From Candidatus Omnitrophota bacterium (GTDB lineage Bacteria > Omnitrophota > Gorgyraeia > Gygaellales > Profunditerraquicolaceae), in contig JBAZJY010000001.1 in assembly GCA_041651115.1 (NCBI GenBank), positions 261,165 through 325,164 of the forward strand: DNA of 64,000 nucleotides. The letters run 5' to 3'. Numbering within the stretch: position 1 is the stretch's first letter; the number at the start of each line of letters is the position of its first letter. Position numbers and translations under genes: made by a program. Positions 18,791-29,020 of this stretch are shown here, piece after piece. The notes under the pieces were generated by a model. That model made no database searches. It was given only the letters and a program-made list of their open reading frames with translations, and was not told where the DNA came from.

Positions 18791-18868
18791 CGGGGCGTGG
18801 CTCAGTTTGGCTAGAGCGCTTGAATGGGGTTCAAGAGGTCACAGGTTCAAGTCCTGTCGCCCCGACCA
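18791..18868 (+). tRNA. tRNA-Pro(GGG), with CCA encoded.
   Basis: The acceptor stem is cggggcg/cgccccg, the D-stem is gctc/gagc and the anticodon loop is atGGGgt. The 3' end is acca. Confidence 0.8.
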
Positions 18869-18883
18869 ATTAAGCACCCAATC

Positions 18884-18928
18884 CTAAAGGATGGATTGGT
18901 GTGCATTTGCTATGCAAAGGAGGATAAG
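18884..18928 (+). promoter_or_regulatory. Conserved two-hairpin leader motif (copy 1) upstream of the PilZ gene.
   Basis: The sequence is cacccaatcc-taaaggat-ggattggtg-tgcat-ttgct-atgca-aaggagga-ATG. A second copy with compensatory base changes lies at 59505-59558. Confidence 0.4.
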
Positions 18929-19288
18929 ATGGCTTATCCGGGCCCGGAAAGGCGCAGATTTCCCCGTATTGACGGGCGTTTTATCGTATCTTACCGCATC
19001 CTTGAAGAATCCGATAATATTGACATTACCCAGACAAAGAACTTAAGCCTCGGCGGGATGCTCCTTACTACTAATAGGAAATTTGACCCCGGGACAAACC
19101 TGGCGCTGGAAATACGATTGCCTTTTGATCCTGACCCGATCATGCTCATTGGTAAAGTCGTTGAATCACATGAGATCACAAAGGGCTTGATCTATGATAC
19201 CCGGATGATGTTTCTGGCGATTGACGAAAAGCACAGGGGCATATTATCGCAGACGATAATGCATTATTTAAAGAGGAGCGGCAAGTAA
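18929..19288 (+). CDS. PilZ-domain protein.
   Basis: The RRRFPRIDG and NLSLGG motifs identify the domain. The track ORF starting at 18824 overlaps tRNA-Pro, so the start at the Met codon at 18929, which has the RBS aaggagga, is preferred. Confidence 0.6.
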   Translation: MAYPGPERRRFPRIDGRFIVSYRILEESDNIDITQTKNLSLGGMLLTTNRKFDPGTNLALEIRLPFDPDPIMLIGKVVESHEITKGLIYDTRMMFLAIDEKHRGILSQTIMHYLKRSGK

Positions 19289-20583
19289 TGAAGAAGATAA
19301 ATGTCGGGATAATCGGTTTTGGCAACGTCGGCAGCGGAGTAGTTAAGATCCTGCGCGAGAGAAAAGCTTTTTTGAGCGCCAAGATCGGCTCGGAAATAAA
19401 CGTAAAAAAAATCTGCGATAAGGATTTCAGCGCTAAGCGTAATGTCAGCGTGGATAAGGGCCTTTTGACGGCCGACGCAAAGGAGATCATCAATGATCCC
19501 CAGATTGACATTGTTGTAGAGCTCATCGGCGGCAAACATCCGGCAAAAGAATTTATCATAGACGCGCTTAAGAACGGCAAAAACGTGGTTACGGCAAACA
19601 AGGCGTTACTGGCAGAAGACGGCAGGGAGCTTTTTGCCGTGGCTTCTGACCGCGGCAAGAGCATTTACTTTGAGGCTTCCGTAGGCGCGGGTATCCCGAT
19701 CATAAAATCATTGCGCCAGGGCCTGGTTGCCAATAAATTCAGCAGCGTATTTGGCATCGTTAACGGGACGTCTAACTTTATCCTTTCCCAGATGTCGCTG
19801 AAAAACCGGGAATTCGCCGAATGCCTGAAAGAAGCAAAGCTTAAAGGTTATGCCGAAAGCAACCCGACCCTTGATATTGAAGGCATGGACTCCGCGCACA
19901 AATTGGTGATCCTTACTTATCTTTGTTTCGGAAAAATGGTAAGCCTGGATGATACTTTTGTTGAAGGGATCTCTCAGGTGTCTTTAGCCGACGTAAATTA
20001 TGCCAAGGAGCTTGGCTTTGAGATCAAGCTTCTGGCAGTAGCCAAAAAAGAAGGGGATGAGCTGGAAGTAAGAGTGCACCCAACCCTTCTGCCGGAAGAG
20101 CATATGTTGGCTTCTGTTGGCGGCGTGTTTAACGCGATCTATGTATCCAGCGATCTGGCCGGTGAACTCTTATTCTACGGCCCGGGAGCAGGCCAGCTTT
20201 CCGCTGCCTCGGCAGTGGTGTCCGACTTAGTGGATTTGACGCAGGACATCAAGGCGGGTTTATTCCGGCATACACTAAATATCGTGGAAGATGCTTCAAT
20301 AAAACGCCTGAGAAAGATAGATGAGTTTGAGAGCAAGTATTATATGCGTTTTACGGCCGCAGATAAGCCTGGAGTATTGGCAAAAATTTCAGGCATATTG
20401 GCAAAATTCAACATCAGTATTGCCTCGGTTAGCCAGAAGGAACGGCTCAAGGCCCAGGCAGTGCCGATCGTAATGATTACCCACGTGGCAAAAGAAAGAA
20501 ACCTGCGCCGGGCTTTGGAGGCGATAAACCGGCTGGATGTGATCAAGGAAAAGACTGTGGCAATAAGGATAGAAGAGGTTTAA
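19288..20583 (+). CDS. hom: Homoserine dehydrogenase with a C-terminal ACT domain.
   Basis: The NAD-binding motif [14 protein letters not shown] is present. The C-terminal ACT domain reads YYMRF…[13 protein letters not shown]. Confidence 0.9.
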   Translation: MKKINVGIIGFGNVGSGVVKILRERKAFLSAKIGSEINVKKICDKDFSAKRNVSVDKGLLTADAKEIINDPQIDIVVELIGGKHPAKEFIIDALKNGKNVVTANKALLAEDGRELFAVASDRGKSIYFEASVGAGIPIIKSLRQGLVANKFSSVFGIVNGTSNFILSQMSLKNREFAECLKEAKLKGYAESNPTLDIEGMDSAHKLVILTYLCFGKMVSLDDTFVEGISQVSLADVNYAKELGFEIKLLAVAKKEGDELEVRVHPTLLPEEHMLASVGGVFNAIYVSSDLAGELLFYGPGAGQLSAASAVVSDLVDLTQDIKAGLFRHTLNIVEDASIKRLRKIDEFESKYYMRFTAADKPGVLAKISGILAKFNISIASVSQKERLKAQAVPIVMITHVAKERNLRRALEAINRLDVIKEKTVAIRIEEV

Positions 20584-20585
20584 GC

Positions 20586-21647
20586 ATGCATTATAAGGGA
20601 TTGATCGATAAATATAAAAAATATTTGCCGGTTACCGCGAAAACTCCGGTGGTTACTCTTAATGAGGGGAATACGCCGCTCATACCGGCTCCGTTTTTGA
20701 GCAAGACAGCCGGCAGGGGAATAGAGGTTTATTTAAAATATGAAGGCCTTAATCCCACCGGCTCGTTTAAGGATCGTGGCATGACGCTGGCGATCTCCAA
20801 AGCCTGTGAAGATAAGTCCCGGGCAGTGATCTGTGCCTCTACCGGAAATACCTCTGCTTCTGCGGCTGCTTATGCTGCTCGCGCAGGCATAAGATGCGTG
20901 GTGCTTTTGCCCAAAGGCGCGATTGCCTTAGGCAAGCTTAGCCAGGCGCTGATACATGGGGCAGTAGTGCTTGCCGTAGACGGGAATTTTGATGACGCTC
21001 TTGATTTAGTCAGAGAGATTGCTGCCAGCTATCCGATCACCCTTGTTAATTCAATAAATCCTTTTCGCATAGAAGGCCAAAAGACCGCGAGCTTTGAGAT
21101 CTGCGATTCGCTTAATGACGCGCCGGATTTTCAAGTTATGCCCGTAGGTAATGCGGGTAACATCACTGCTTACTGGAAAGGCTACAAAGAATATAAAAAA
21201 ACCGGCTTAGCGAAAAGATTGCCTAAGATGTTAGGTTTTCAGGCAGAGGGCGCTGCGCCGATTGTTCGGGGCCATCCGATAGAAAAGCCGGAGACCATTG
21301 CCACGGCAATCCGTATCGGCAATCCGGCGAGCTGGAAACAGGCGGAAAATGCCCGCGATGAATCCCGCGGCCTGATTGATATGGTTTCTGATAAGGAAAT
21401 ACTTGATGCGTATAAATTGCTGGCAATCAAAGAGGGCGTATTTGCCGAACCGGCATCAGCGGCTTCAATTGCCGGTTTATTAAAGCTGGTAAAAAGAGGA
21501 TATTTCAAAAAAACAAGTAGGGCAAAGATCGTCTGTATTCTTACCGGCCATGGCTTAAAGGACCCTGACCGGGCAATAAAGAGCATTAAAGAGCCAAAAG
21601 TCGTAAAGCCTGACCTTAAGGCAGTATTAAAAGAAATCGGGTTTTAA
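20586..21647 (+). CDS. thrC: Threonine synthase.
   Basis: The PLP-lysine motif [12 protein letters not shown] is present, and the gene sits in hom-thrC synteny. Confidence 0.9.
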   Translation: MHYKGLIDKYKKYLPVTAKTPVVTLNEGNTPLIPAPFLSKTAGRGIEVYLKYEGLNPTGSFKDRGMTLAISKACEDKSRAVICASTGNTSASAAAYAARAGIRCVVLLPKGAIALGKLSQALIHGAVVLAVDGNFDDALDLVREIAASYPITLVNSINPFRIEGQKTASFEICDSLNDAPDFQVMPVGNAGNITAYWKGYKEYKKTGLAKRLPKMLGFQAEGAAPIVRGHPIEKPETIATAIRIGNPASWKQAENARDESRGLIDMVSDKEILDAYKLLAIKEGVFAEPASAASIAGLLKLVKRGYFKKTSRAKIVCILTGHGLKDPDRAIKSIKEPKVVKPDLKAVLKEIGF

Positions 21648-22285
21648 TGAGTTTAAAAAAAAGAAGGATATTGATAACCGCAGGGCCGACATGGGCCGCT
21701 ATAGATCGTATTCGGGTGATCAGTAACACGGCAACCGGAGAAACCGGTTTTCTGCTGGCAGATAAACTGGCAACACAGGGGTTAAACGTTACTTTGGTAA
21801 TTGGCCCGGCAGGCGGCAGAATCAAAAGCACAAAGTTCAAAGTAATACCTTTTATTTTTTTTAACGAACTTAAAGAAATAATTCTCCGGGAATTGAAAAC
21901 CGGAACATATGGAGTGGTGGTCCATTCCGCGGCAGTCTCCGATTACCTGCCGGAAAAGATTTTTTCGGGCAAAGTAAAATCCGGATTAAAAAATTGGAAG
22001 ATCGCTTTTAAGCCGGCGCCCAAACTGATAGACGCGATAAAGAAAATTTACCCCGGTGTTTTTCTCGTCGGGTTTAAATTTGAGCCGGGCGCAGAAAAGA
22101 GCAAGTTGATCAAAAGCGCGAGAGCCCTTATGCGGCGCTCAAATCTTGACCTGGCAGTTGCCAATACCGCGATCGGCAATAAATACCGGGCTTATGTTTT
22201 ATCCGGAGAAAAAATAAGTTCTCCTTTGGCCAGTAAGAAACATCTGGTAATCAAGCTGGCCGGGGAAATCAAGAAAGCATTATGA
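21647..22285 (+). CDS. coaB: Phosphopantothenate-cysteine ligase (stand-alone CoaB domain).
   Basis: The DFP motif ILITAGPTWAAIDRIRVISNTATGETG is present. At 212 aa the protein lacks the CoaC flavoprotein half. Confidence 0.7.
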   Translation: MSLKKRRILITAGPTWAAIDRIRVISNTATGETGFLLADKLATQGLNVTLVIGPAGGRIKSTKFKVIPFIFFNELKEIILRELKTGTYGVVVHSAAVSDYLPEKIFSGKVKSGLKNWKIAFKPAPKLIDAIKKIYPGVFLVGFKFEPGAEKSKLIKSARALMRRSNLDLAVANTAIGNKYRAYVLSGEKISSPLASKKHLVIKLAGEIKKAL

Positions 22286-23481
22286 AATATATCGTCCTTG
22301 TTGCAGACGGCATGGCGGATTATCCGCTGGAAGAATTGGGAGGCCGCACGCCCCTTGAGGCGGCCAAGACCCCGAATATGGATTTTATTGCTCAGCACGG
22401 CCGCTTGGGCAGAGTAAAGACGATCCCCGATAAAATGGCGCCCGGATCCGATGTCGCCAATATTACGATAATGGGCTATGACACGCGCCAATTTTATACC
22501 GGCCGTGGCCCGCTTGAGGCGGCAAATTTAGGGGTGCAGCTGGAAGAAGGCGATTGCGCTTTTCGTTGTAACCTGATCACGGCAACCGACGATAAGCTTG
22601 TAGATTACAGCGCCGGCCATATTAATTCCAAAGAAGCCGCAATATTGATCAAATATATCAATGAAAAACTGGGCAGCGATAAGGTAAAATTTTATCCCGG
22701 AGTAAGCTACCGGCATTTAATGGTCGTTAAAAAAGGCGCGCAGGAAGGGCTCTCGGACCTAAAGTGCGTGCCGCCTCATGATATCATCGGCCAGAATATC
22801 TCGAATAATTTGCCTAAAGGAAAAGCTGCCGAGTTTCTGATAAAATTGATGCAGGATTCAAGGAAGCTCCTGGAAAGCCATGAAATAAACCAGGTGCGGG
22901 TGGATTTAAAAGAAAATCCCGCGAACATGATCTGGCTATGGGGCCAGGGCGGCAAGCCCAATGTCCCTAGATTCACCGAAAAATACGGCCTGACCGGCAG
23001 CATAATTTCCGCGGTTGACCTGATAAAAGGGCTGGGAAGGATCATCGGTTTGGACGTGATCAATGTTCCCGGAGCAACCGGCTATTATGATACTGATTAC
23101 GAAGGCAAGGCCAATGCCGCGTTAAAATCGCTGGAAACAAAAGATTTTGTGTTTGTGCATGTTGAGGCCCCGGATGAGGCAGGCCACAACGGAGACCTGA
23201 GAGAAAAGATCATGGCGATCGAAAGGTTTGACCACATGATTTTAGGAAAAATTTTAAAGGATTTTAAGAAGAAAAAGAATTTTCGCATCCTGGTTTTGCC
23301 TGACCATGCAACGCCGATTTCCCTGCGTACTCACGTATCTGACCCCGTCTGTTTCGGGATATTCGGCAAAGATATCGTGGGCAGGGGGTTCTTGAAATAC
23401 AGCGAAAAGGAAGCGAGGAACTCCGACCTGTATTTTGAAAACGGCTTTCAGCTGATGGACTATTTTATTAAAGGAGAGTAG
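22282..23481 (+). CDS. apgM: Cofactor-independent phosphoglycerate mutase, archaeal type.
   Basis: The N-terminus MKYIVLVADGMADYPLEELGGRTPLEAAKTPNMD is typical of ApgM. The length of 399 aa fits. Confidence 0.85.
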   Translation: MKYIVLVADGMADYPLEELGGRTPLEAAKTPNMDFIAQHGRLGRVKTIPDKMAPGSDVANITIMGYDTRQFYTGRGPLEAANLGVQLEEGDCAFRCNLITATDDKLVDYSAGHINSKEAAILIKYINEKLGSDKVKFYPGVSYRHLMVVKKGAQEGLSDLKCVPPHDIIGQNISNNLPKGKAAEFLIKLMQDSRKLLESHEINQVRVDLKENPANMIWLWGQGGKPNVPRFTEKYGLTGSIISAVDLIKGLGRIIGLDVINVPGATGYYDTDYEGKANAALKSLETKDFVFVHVEAPDEAGHNGDLREKIMAIERFDHMILGKILKDFKKKKNFRILVLPDHATPISLRTHVSDPVCFGIFGKDIVGRGFLKYSEKEARNSDLYFENGFQLMDYFIKGE

Positions 23482-23487
23482 CGGCTT

Positions 23488-24708
23488 ATGAGTAAGGGTT
23501 TGATCGTGCAAAAATTCGGCGGTTCATCCGTGGCTAATGTGGAGCGTATCCAGAACGTGGCAAAGCGGGTAACCGGATATAAAAAGAAAGGTTATGACGT
23601 GGTCGTAGTTGTATCGGCATTGGGCGATACAACCGATGAGCTTATAGATTTGGCCGCGAAGATAACAACCGAGCCGTCTGAGCGTGAAATGGATATGCTT
23701 TTATCCACGGGCGAACAGATCTCTGTAGCCCTGCTGGCTATGGCAATACATAAATTAGGCTGCGAAGCCATATCTTTTACCGGCGCGCAAGTCGGCATTA
23801 TCACCGATACCAGCCATACGCGCGCGCGTATTCTCCGGATCAATACCAATAAGATCAAGGAGGAAATAGGCAAAGGCAGGGTGGTGATCGTTGCAGGCTT
23901 TCAAGGGGTTACTCTTAATCAGGATATTACTACTTTGGGCCGCGGAGGTTCTGACCTGACAGCTGTAGCCTTGGCAAAAGAGCTGACTGCGGATGAGTGT
24001 GAGATCTATACCGATGTTGCGGGCATATATACGACTGACCCGCGCATCGAGCCCAAGGCAAAAAAAATAAAAGAAATCACTTATGACGAAATGCTGGAAA
24101 TGGCATCGCTGGGCGCGCAAGTAATGCAGGCGCGCTCGATAGAAGTGGCAAAGAAATTCAATGTGCCGATCCACGTGCGCTCGTCTTTTTCCGAAATTTC
24201 AGGGACAATGATCATTAAGGAGGCAAAAAAAATGGAAGATGTTCTGGTAAACGGCATTACCTTAAATAAGCATGAGGTAAAGATTACCATTTGCACGGTT
24301 CCTGACCGGCCGGGTATCGCGGCTAAAATTTTTAACGATCTGGCGAGCGCGGGAATCAGCGTGGATATGATCGTGCAGAACGTCAGCCATTTGCGCCAGA
24401 CCGATATTTCTTTTACGATAAATAAGTCCGATTCTGCCAAAACAATGAAGCTTACCAGGGCGCTGGTAAAAGAGATCGGGGCAGGCGAAGTGGTGCAAGA
24501 TGAAGATATCGCGCGGGTTTCCATTGTCGGTGTGGGAATGAAGTCCCATCCGGGAGTTGCGGCGAAGATGTTTGATACCTTGGCAAAGAATAAGATCAAT
24601 ATTGAGATGATCTCAACCTCCGAGATCAGCATTTCCTGCATTATCCAGAGAAAATTTGCCGAAACGGCGGTTAAGGCGCTGCATGAAAAATTCGGTTTAG
24701 CAAAATGA
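23488..24708 (+). CDS. lysC: Aspartate kinase.
   Basis: The kinase N-terminus reads LIVQKFGGSSVAN. Tandem C-terminal ACT domains follow. Confidence 0.9.
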   Translation: MSKGLIVQKFGGSSVANVERIQNVAKRVTGYKKKGYDVVVVVSALGDTTDELIDLAAKITTEPSEREMDMLLSTGEQISVALLAMAIHKLGCEAISFTGAQVGIITDTSHTRARILRINTNKIKEEIGKGRVVIVAGFQGVTLNQDITTLGRGGSDLTAVALAKELTADECEIYTDVAGIYTTDPRIEPKAKKIKEITYDEMLEMASLGAQVMQARSIEVAKKFNVPIHVRSSFSEISGTMIIKEAKKMEDVLVNGITLNKHEVKITICTVPDRPGIAAKIFNDLASAGISVDMIVQNVSHLRQTDISFTINKSDSAKTMKLTRALVKEIGAGEVVQDEDIARVSIVGVGMKSHPGVAAKMFDTLAKNKINIEMISTSEISISCIIQRKFAETAVKALHEKFGLAK

Positions 24709-24750
24709 CCTTTAGTTCATCCTGAGCGACCGAAGGGAGCCGAGGGATCT

Positions 24751-26322
24751 ATGAAACAGGTAAAACTTTATGACACAACATTAAGGGACGGCGCGCAAGG
24801 CGAAGGGGTTTCTTATTCCGTAACGGATAAGGTGATGATCGCCCGCGAGCTGGACAGGTTCGGCATACATTATATTGAAGGCGGATGGCCGGGTTCCAAT
24901 CCCAAGGACAGGGAATTTTTCTCTAAAATGGCCAAGGTTAAGCTAAAAACTTCGCAATTGACCGCTTTCAGTATGACCCGCAGGCCGGGGATAAAAGCAA
25001 AAGAAGACCAGAATATCTCCGCGTTGGTAAAATCTCAGGCAAAGATCATCACCATCGTAGGAAAAACCTGGGATTTGCACGTTACGGATATTTTAAAAAC
25101 TACGCTGGAAGAGAATCTTTTAATGATCAAAGATACGGTAAGCTTCCTCGTATCCGAAGGCCTGGATGTTTTTTATGATGCCGAACATTTTTTCGACGCC
25201 TTTAAGGCGAACCGTGAGTACACCCTAAAAACGTTGCTTACCGCCCAGGAGGCAGGCGCTGTATCGGTTTGCCTTTGCGATACCAACGGCGGCAGCCTTA
25301 CTTCTGAAGTGGCGCGTATCGTCAAAGAGGTGCGGCCGTTGATCAAGGGGATACTGGGTATCCATTGCCATAATGACGCGGGCCTGGCAATCGCAAATTC
25401 ATTGGCTGCGGTCGAGGCAGGCGCGGATATGGTGCAGGGTACAATTAACGGCTATGGCGAGAGGTGCGGCAATGCCGACCTGATCCCGATCATTGCTAAC
25501 CTTAAATTAAAAATGGGCATTGACTGCATCGGCCGGGAAGGATTAAAGGATCTTGTTAAGCTTTCGCATTTTGTCGGCGAGATCAGCAATATGCGACAGA
25601 GGAATGACCAGCCATATGTCGGTACGTCGGCATTCGCCCATAAAGGCGGCATGCATATTAATGCGGTAATGAAAAATCCCGTTGCTTACGAGCACGCCGA
25701 TCCTTTGGCGGTAGGCAATCACCGCCGTTTCCTGATGTCGGAATTAGGCGGAAAGACCGGTATCCTTGTCCAGGCAAAGAACCTTGAGCTTGATTTAAGT
25801 AAGGATGATCCAAAAACAAAAAAAATCCTGCGCCTGATCCAGGACCTTGAGCATAAAGGGTATCATTTTGAAGCTGCCGAAGGATCTTTGGAGTTGCTGC
25901 TAAAGCGGGCGTTAAAAAAATATACGAAATTTTTTGAACTTGAAGGTTTCCGGGTGGTAATCGAGAAACAATCCGATAAAAAGATCACTACCGAAGCGGT
26001 AATGAAGCTCAAAGTCAAGGGCATTAAGGAACATACTGCCGCAGAAGGCGACGGCCCGGTAAACGCGCTGGATAATGCCCTGCGTAAGGCCCTGAAAGAA
26101 TTTTACCCCGCGCTTTCTAAAATGCGCCTCTCGGATTTTAAAGTGCGCGTGTTGGATGAGAAATCCGGCACTGCCGCGCGCGTACGCGTGCTGATCCAGT
26201 CGCAGGATGATTCCGACACCTGGAACACGATCGGAGTTTCCGAAAATATTATTGAAGCATCCTGGCAGGCGCTTGTGGACAGCGTGGAATATAAATTACT
26301 TAAAGACCTTAAAAATGGATGA
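24751..26322 (+). CDS. 2-isopropylmalate synthase / (R)-citramalate synthase family protein.
   Basis: The HMGL-like motif LYDTTLRDGAQGEG is present, followed by a LeuA-dimer C-terminal domain. The protein is 523 aa. Confidence 0.85.
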   Translation: MKQVKLYDTTLRDGAQGEGVSYSVTDKVMIARELDRFGIHYIEGGWPGSNPKDREFFSKMAKVKLKTSQLTAFSMTRRPGIKAKEDQNISALVKSQAKIITIVGKTWDLHVTDILKTTLEENLLMIKDTVSFLVSEGLDVFYDAEHFFDAFKANREYTLKTLLTAQEAGAVSVCLCDTNGGSLTSEVARIVKEVRPLIKGILGIHCHNDAGLAIANSLAAVEAGADMVQGTINGYGERCGNADLIPIIANLKLKMGIDCIGREGLKDLVKLSHFVGEISNMRQRNDQPYVGTSAFAHKGGMHINAVMKNPVAYEHADPLAVGNHRRFLMSELGGKTGILVQAKNLELDLSKDDPKTKKILRLIQDLEHKGYHFEAAEGSLELLLKRALKKYTKFFELEGFRVVIEKQSDKKITTEAVMKLKVKGIKEHTAAEGDGPVNALDNALRKALKEFYPALSKMRLSDFKVRVLDEKSGTAARVRVLIQSQDDSDTWNTIGVSENIIEASWQALVDSVEYKLLKDLKNG

Positions 26323-29020
26323 AATTCCTTCCCGTTATAATCCTAAAGAAACCGAGGACAAATGGTATGAGTCCTGGATTAAGAGCAATCTTTTCCACGG
26401 CCAGGTAAATCCCGCGAAAAAACCTTTTACCATTGTTATCCCGCCGCCCAATGTTACAGGCATCCTGCACATGGGCCACGCCCTGAATAATACTATCCAG
26501 GATATCCTCATCCGTTACCACCGCATGAAAGGCGAAGAGGCGCTTTGGATGCCCGGCACCGACCATGCCGGCATAGCCACCCAGAATGTCGTAGAAAAAT
26601 CAATCGCTAAAGAAGGTTTAAAACGGCAGTCTTTGGGCCGGGAAAAATTCATCGAGCGCGTCTGGCAGTGGAAGGAGCAGTATGGCTCGACTATTATCCG
26701 GCAGCTTAAAAAATTGGGCGCTTCCTGCGATTGGCAGCGCGAACGCTTTACCATGGATCTCGATTATTCCAAGGCAGTAATCGAAGCTTTTGTGCGGCTT
26801 TATGAGAAAGATTTGATTTACCGCGGCAGCCGAATCATCAACTGGTGCCCGCGCTGCCAGACCGCGCTTTCCGACGAAGAAGCGCCGCACCATGAGCTTG
26901 CCGGGAATCTTTATTATTTGCGGTATCCGCTTAAAGACAACCCTGAACAGTTTATCATTGTGGCCACGACCAGGCCGGAAACCATGCTTGGCGATACCGC
27001 GGTTGCGGTTAACCCGAAGGATAAGCGGTACAAGAAACTGATAGGCAAGACACTGCTCCTGCCGCTTGTCGGCAGGGAAATAAAGATCATCGGTGATTCT
27101 TCTGTCGACATGGAATTCGGCACCGGCGCGGTGAAAATTACCCCTGCCCACGACCCGAATGATTACGCGGCCGGAAAGAAACACGACCTGGAGTTTATCA
27201 ATGTAATGCATCCTGACGCGAGAATGAATGAATTTGCCGGCGAATACAAGGATATGGACCGGTTCGAGGCAAGGGAAGTGATTGTTGAGGACCTGAAGGA
27301 GAAGGGGTTGTTAGAAAAGATCGAACCGCATAAATTATCCGCCGGCCACTGCTACCGTTGCCATACGATAATTGAGCCGTATTTATCAAAGCAGTGGTTC
27401 GTAAAGATGAAGCCGCTGGCAAAGCCGGCGATCGAAGCGGTGAAAAAGGGGAGGATTAAATTTCATCCCAAGCGTTGGGAAAAAGTATATCTTAACTGGA
27501 TGGAAAATATCCAGGATTGGTGCATCTCGCGCCAGATATGGTGGGGACATAGGATTCCCGTATATTACTGCAAGAAATGCCAGAAAACGATAGTTTCGCG
27601 GATAAAACCGCAGATTTGCCCGGGTTGCGGCTCGCAAGACATCCTGCAGGATGAAGATGTCTTGGATACATGGTTTTCTTCCTGGCTTTGGCCGTTCGCA
27701 ACCTTTTACTGGCCGCCGGAGGCGTATAAAAACGGGTTGCATCCGAATAACGGAAATACCCCTAAAAACGACCTGAAGTATTTTTATCCTACGTCTGCGC
27801 TGGTGACTGCCCCGGAAATAATATTTTTCTGGGTAGCCAGGATGATCATGGCGGGCTTTGAGTTTATGGGCGACATCCCGTTTAAAGACGTTTATATCCA
27901 TGGAACAGTGAGGGATATTGAAGGTAAAAAGATGTCCAAGTCGCTGGGCAATGTTATTGACCCGCTGGATATCATAGAGGAATACGGCACAGATGCCCTG
28001 CGTTTTAGCCTGATCTCCATAACTGCTCAGGGTCAGGATGTGTTCCTGTCAAAAGAAAGATTTGAGCAAGGCAGGAATTTCGCAAATAAGATCTGGAATG
28101 CCTCAAGGTTTATCTTAATGAATTTGGATAGTCAGGGACTGTCCCCGACGGGGGCTGTCCCTGACTTATGTGTATTCTTTAAAAAAGAGGATTTGAGTAT
28201 CGTTAATCGATGGATTTTGAGTAAGTTTTATTCCACGCTTAAAGAAGCGACCAAATACCTGGAAAATTTCCAGTTTAATGAAGCGGCAAACAGCCTTTAT
28301 GCGTTTTTTTGGCATGATTTCTGCGACTGGTACCTTGAGATCGTCAAGCAGGACATAAAAAACCCGCACAACCAGTTGGTAATGTATAAAATATTAGAGA
28401 AATTTTTACGTACCCTGCATCCGTTTATGCCTTTTGTCACCGAAGAGATATGGCAGCGACTGCAAATTACAAATAACAAATCACAAATAACAAGTATAAT
28501 GCTTGAGCCGTGGCCGCACGTGCAGGATCAGATCATTGATAAAAAAACCGAAAATAAAATGGCGCTGGCCATAGAAATAATCGCCGCCATTCGCAATATG
28601 CGTCAGGAATTAGAAGTTCCGCTTCAGGCGAAGGTGAGCGTAACGATTTCTGCCTCCGGCAAGGAAAACCGGCAGCTCGTCGAGGCGTTGGCCCCGGCAA
28701 TAAAGAGCCTTGGCCGCCTGGAAAGCCTTTCCGTAGAAGAGAAGCATAAACAGGTCAAAGCCAGCGTAAATTCCGTGATAAAGGATATTCATATTACTAT
28801 GCCCCTTGGCGGGATAGTGGATCTGGAAAAGGAAATCGCAAAATTGAGCGAGCGTATTAAAAAGGCAGAAACGGAAACCAGCGCTAAAGAAAAAATGCTG
28901 GCCAATAAGGAATTCGTAAAGAAGGCTCCTCCGGAGATCGTGGAAAAAGAAAGAACGCGGCTTAAGGAGCTGGCTGAGATAATCAGCCGGCTTAAGGTGA
29001 TTAAAGATGGACTGCGATAA
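26315..29020 (+). CDS. valS: Valyl-tRNA synthetase.
   Basis: The HIGH motif (PPPNVTGILHMGHALN) and the KMSKS motif (KMSKSLGN) are present, along with a C-terminal coiled coil. The start at 26315 overlaps the leuA-family stop by 8 nt. The track's 26207 start is an upstream over-extension. Confidence 0.95.
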   Translation: MDEIPSRYNPKETEDKWYESWIKSNLFHGQVNPAKKPFTIVIPPPNVTGILHMGHALNNTIQDILIRYHRMKGEEALWMPGTDHAGIATQNVVEKSIAKEGLKRQSLGREKFIERVWQWKEQYGSTIIRQLKKLGASCDWQRERFTMDLDYSKAVIEAFVRLYEKDLIYRGSRIINWCPRCQTALSDEEAPHHELAGNLYYLRYPLKDNPEQFIIVATTRPETMLGDTAVAVNPKDKRYKKLIGKTLLLPLVGREIKIIGDSSVDMEFGTGAVKITPAHDPNDYAAGKKHDLEFINVMHPDARMNEFAGEYKDMDRFEAREVIVEDLKEKGLLEKIEPHKLSAGHCYRCHTIIEPYLSKQWFVKMKPLAKPAIEAVKKGRIKFHPKRWEKVYLNWMENIQDWCISRQIWWGHRIPVYYCKKCQKTIVSRIKPQICPGCGSQDILQDEDVLDTWFSSWLWPFATFYWPPEAYKNGLHPNNGNTPKNDLKYFYPTSALVTAPEIIFFWVARMIMAGFEFMGDIPFKDVYIHGTVRDIEGKKMSKSLGNVIDPLDIIEEYGTDALRFSLISITAQGQDVFLSKERFEQGRNFANKIWNASRFILMNLDSQGLSPTGAVPDLCVFFKKEDLSIVNRWILSKFYSTLKEATKYLENFQFNEAANSLYAFFWHDFCDWYLEIVKQDIKNPHNQLVMYKILEKFLRTLHPFMPFVTEEIWQRLQITNNKSQITSIMLEPWPHVQDQIIDKKTENKMALAIEIIAAIRNMRQELEVPLQAKVSVTISASGKENRQLVEALAPAIKSLGRLESLSVEEKHKQVKASVNSVIKDIHITMPLGGIVDLEKEIAKLSERIKKAETETSAKEKMLANKEFVKKAPPEIVEKERTRLKELAEIISRLKVIKDGLR

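Noticed and set aside
18824-18928. N-terminal extension of the PilZ ORF starting at 18824.
   Set aside because: It overlaps tRNA-Pro and the conserved leader hairpins. The internal ATG at 18929 has a strong RBS, so the extension is not coding.
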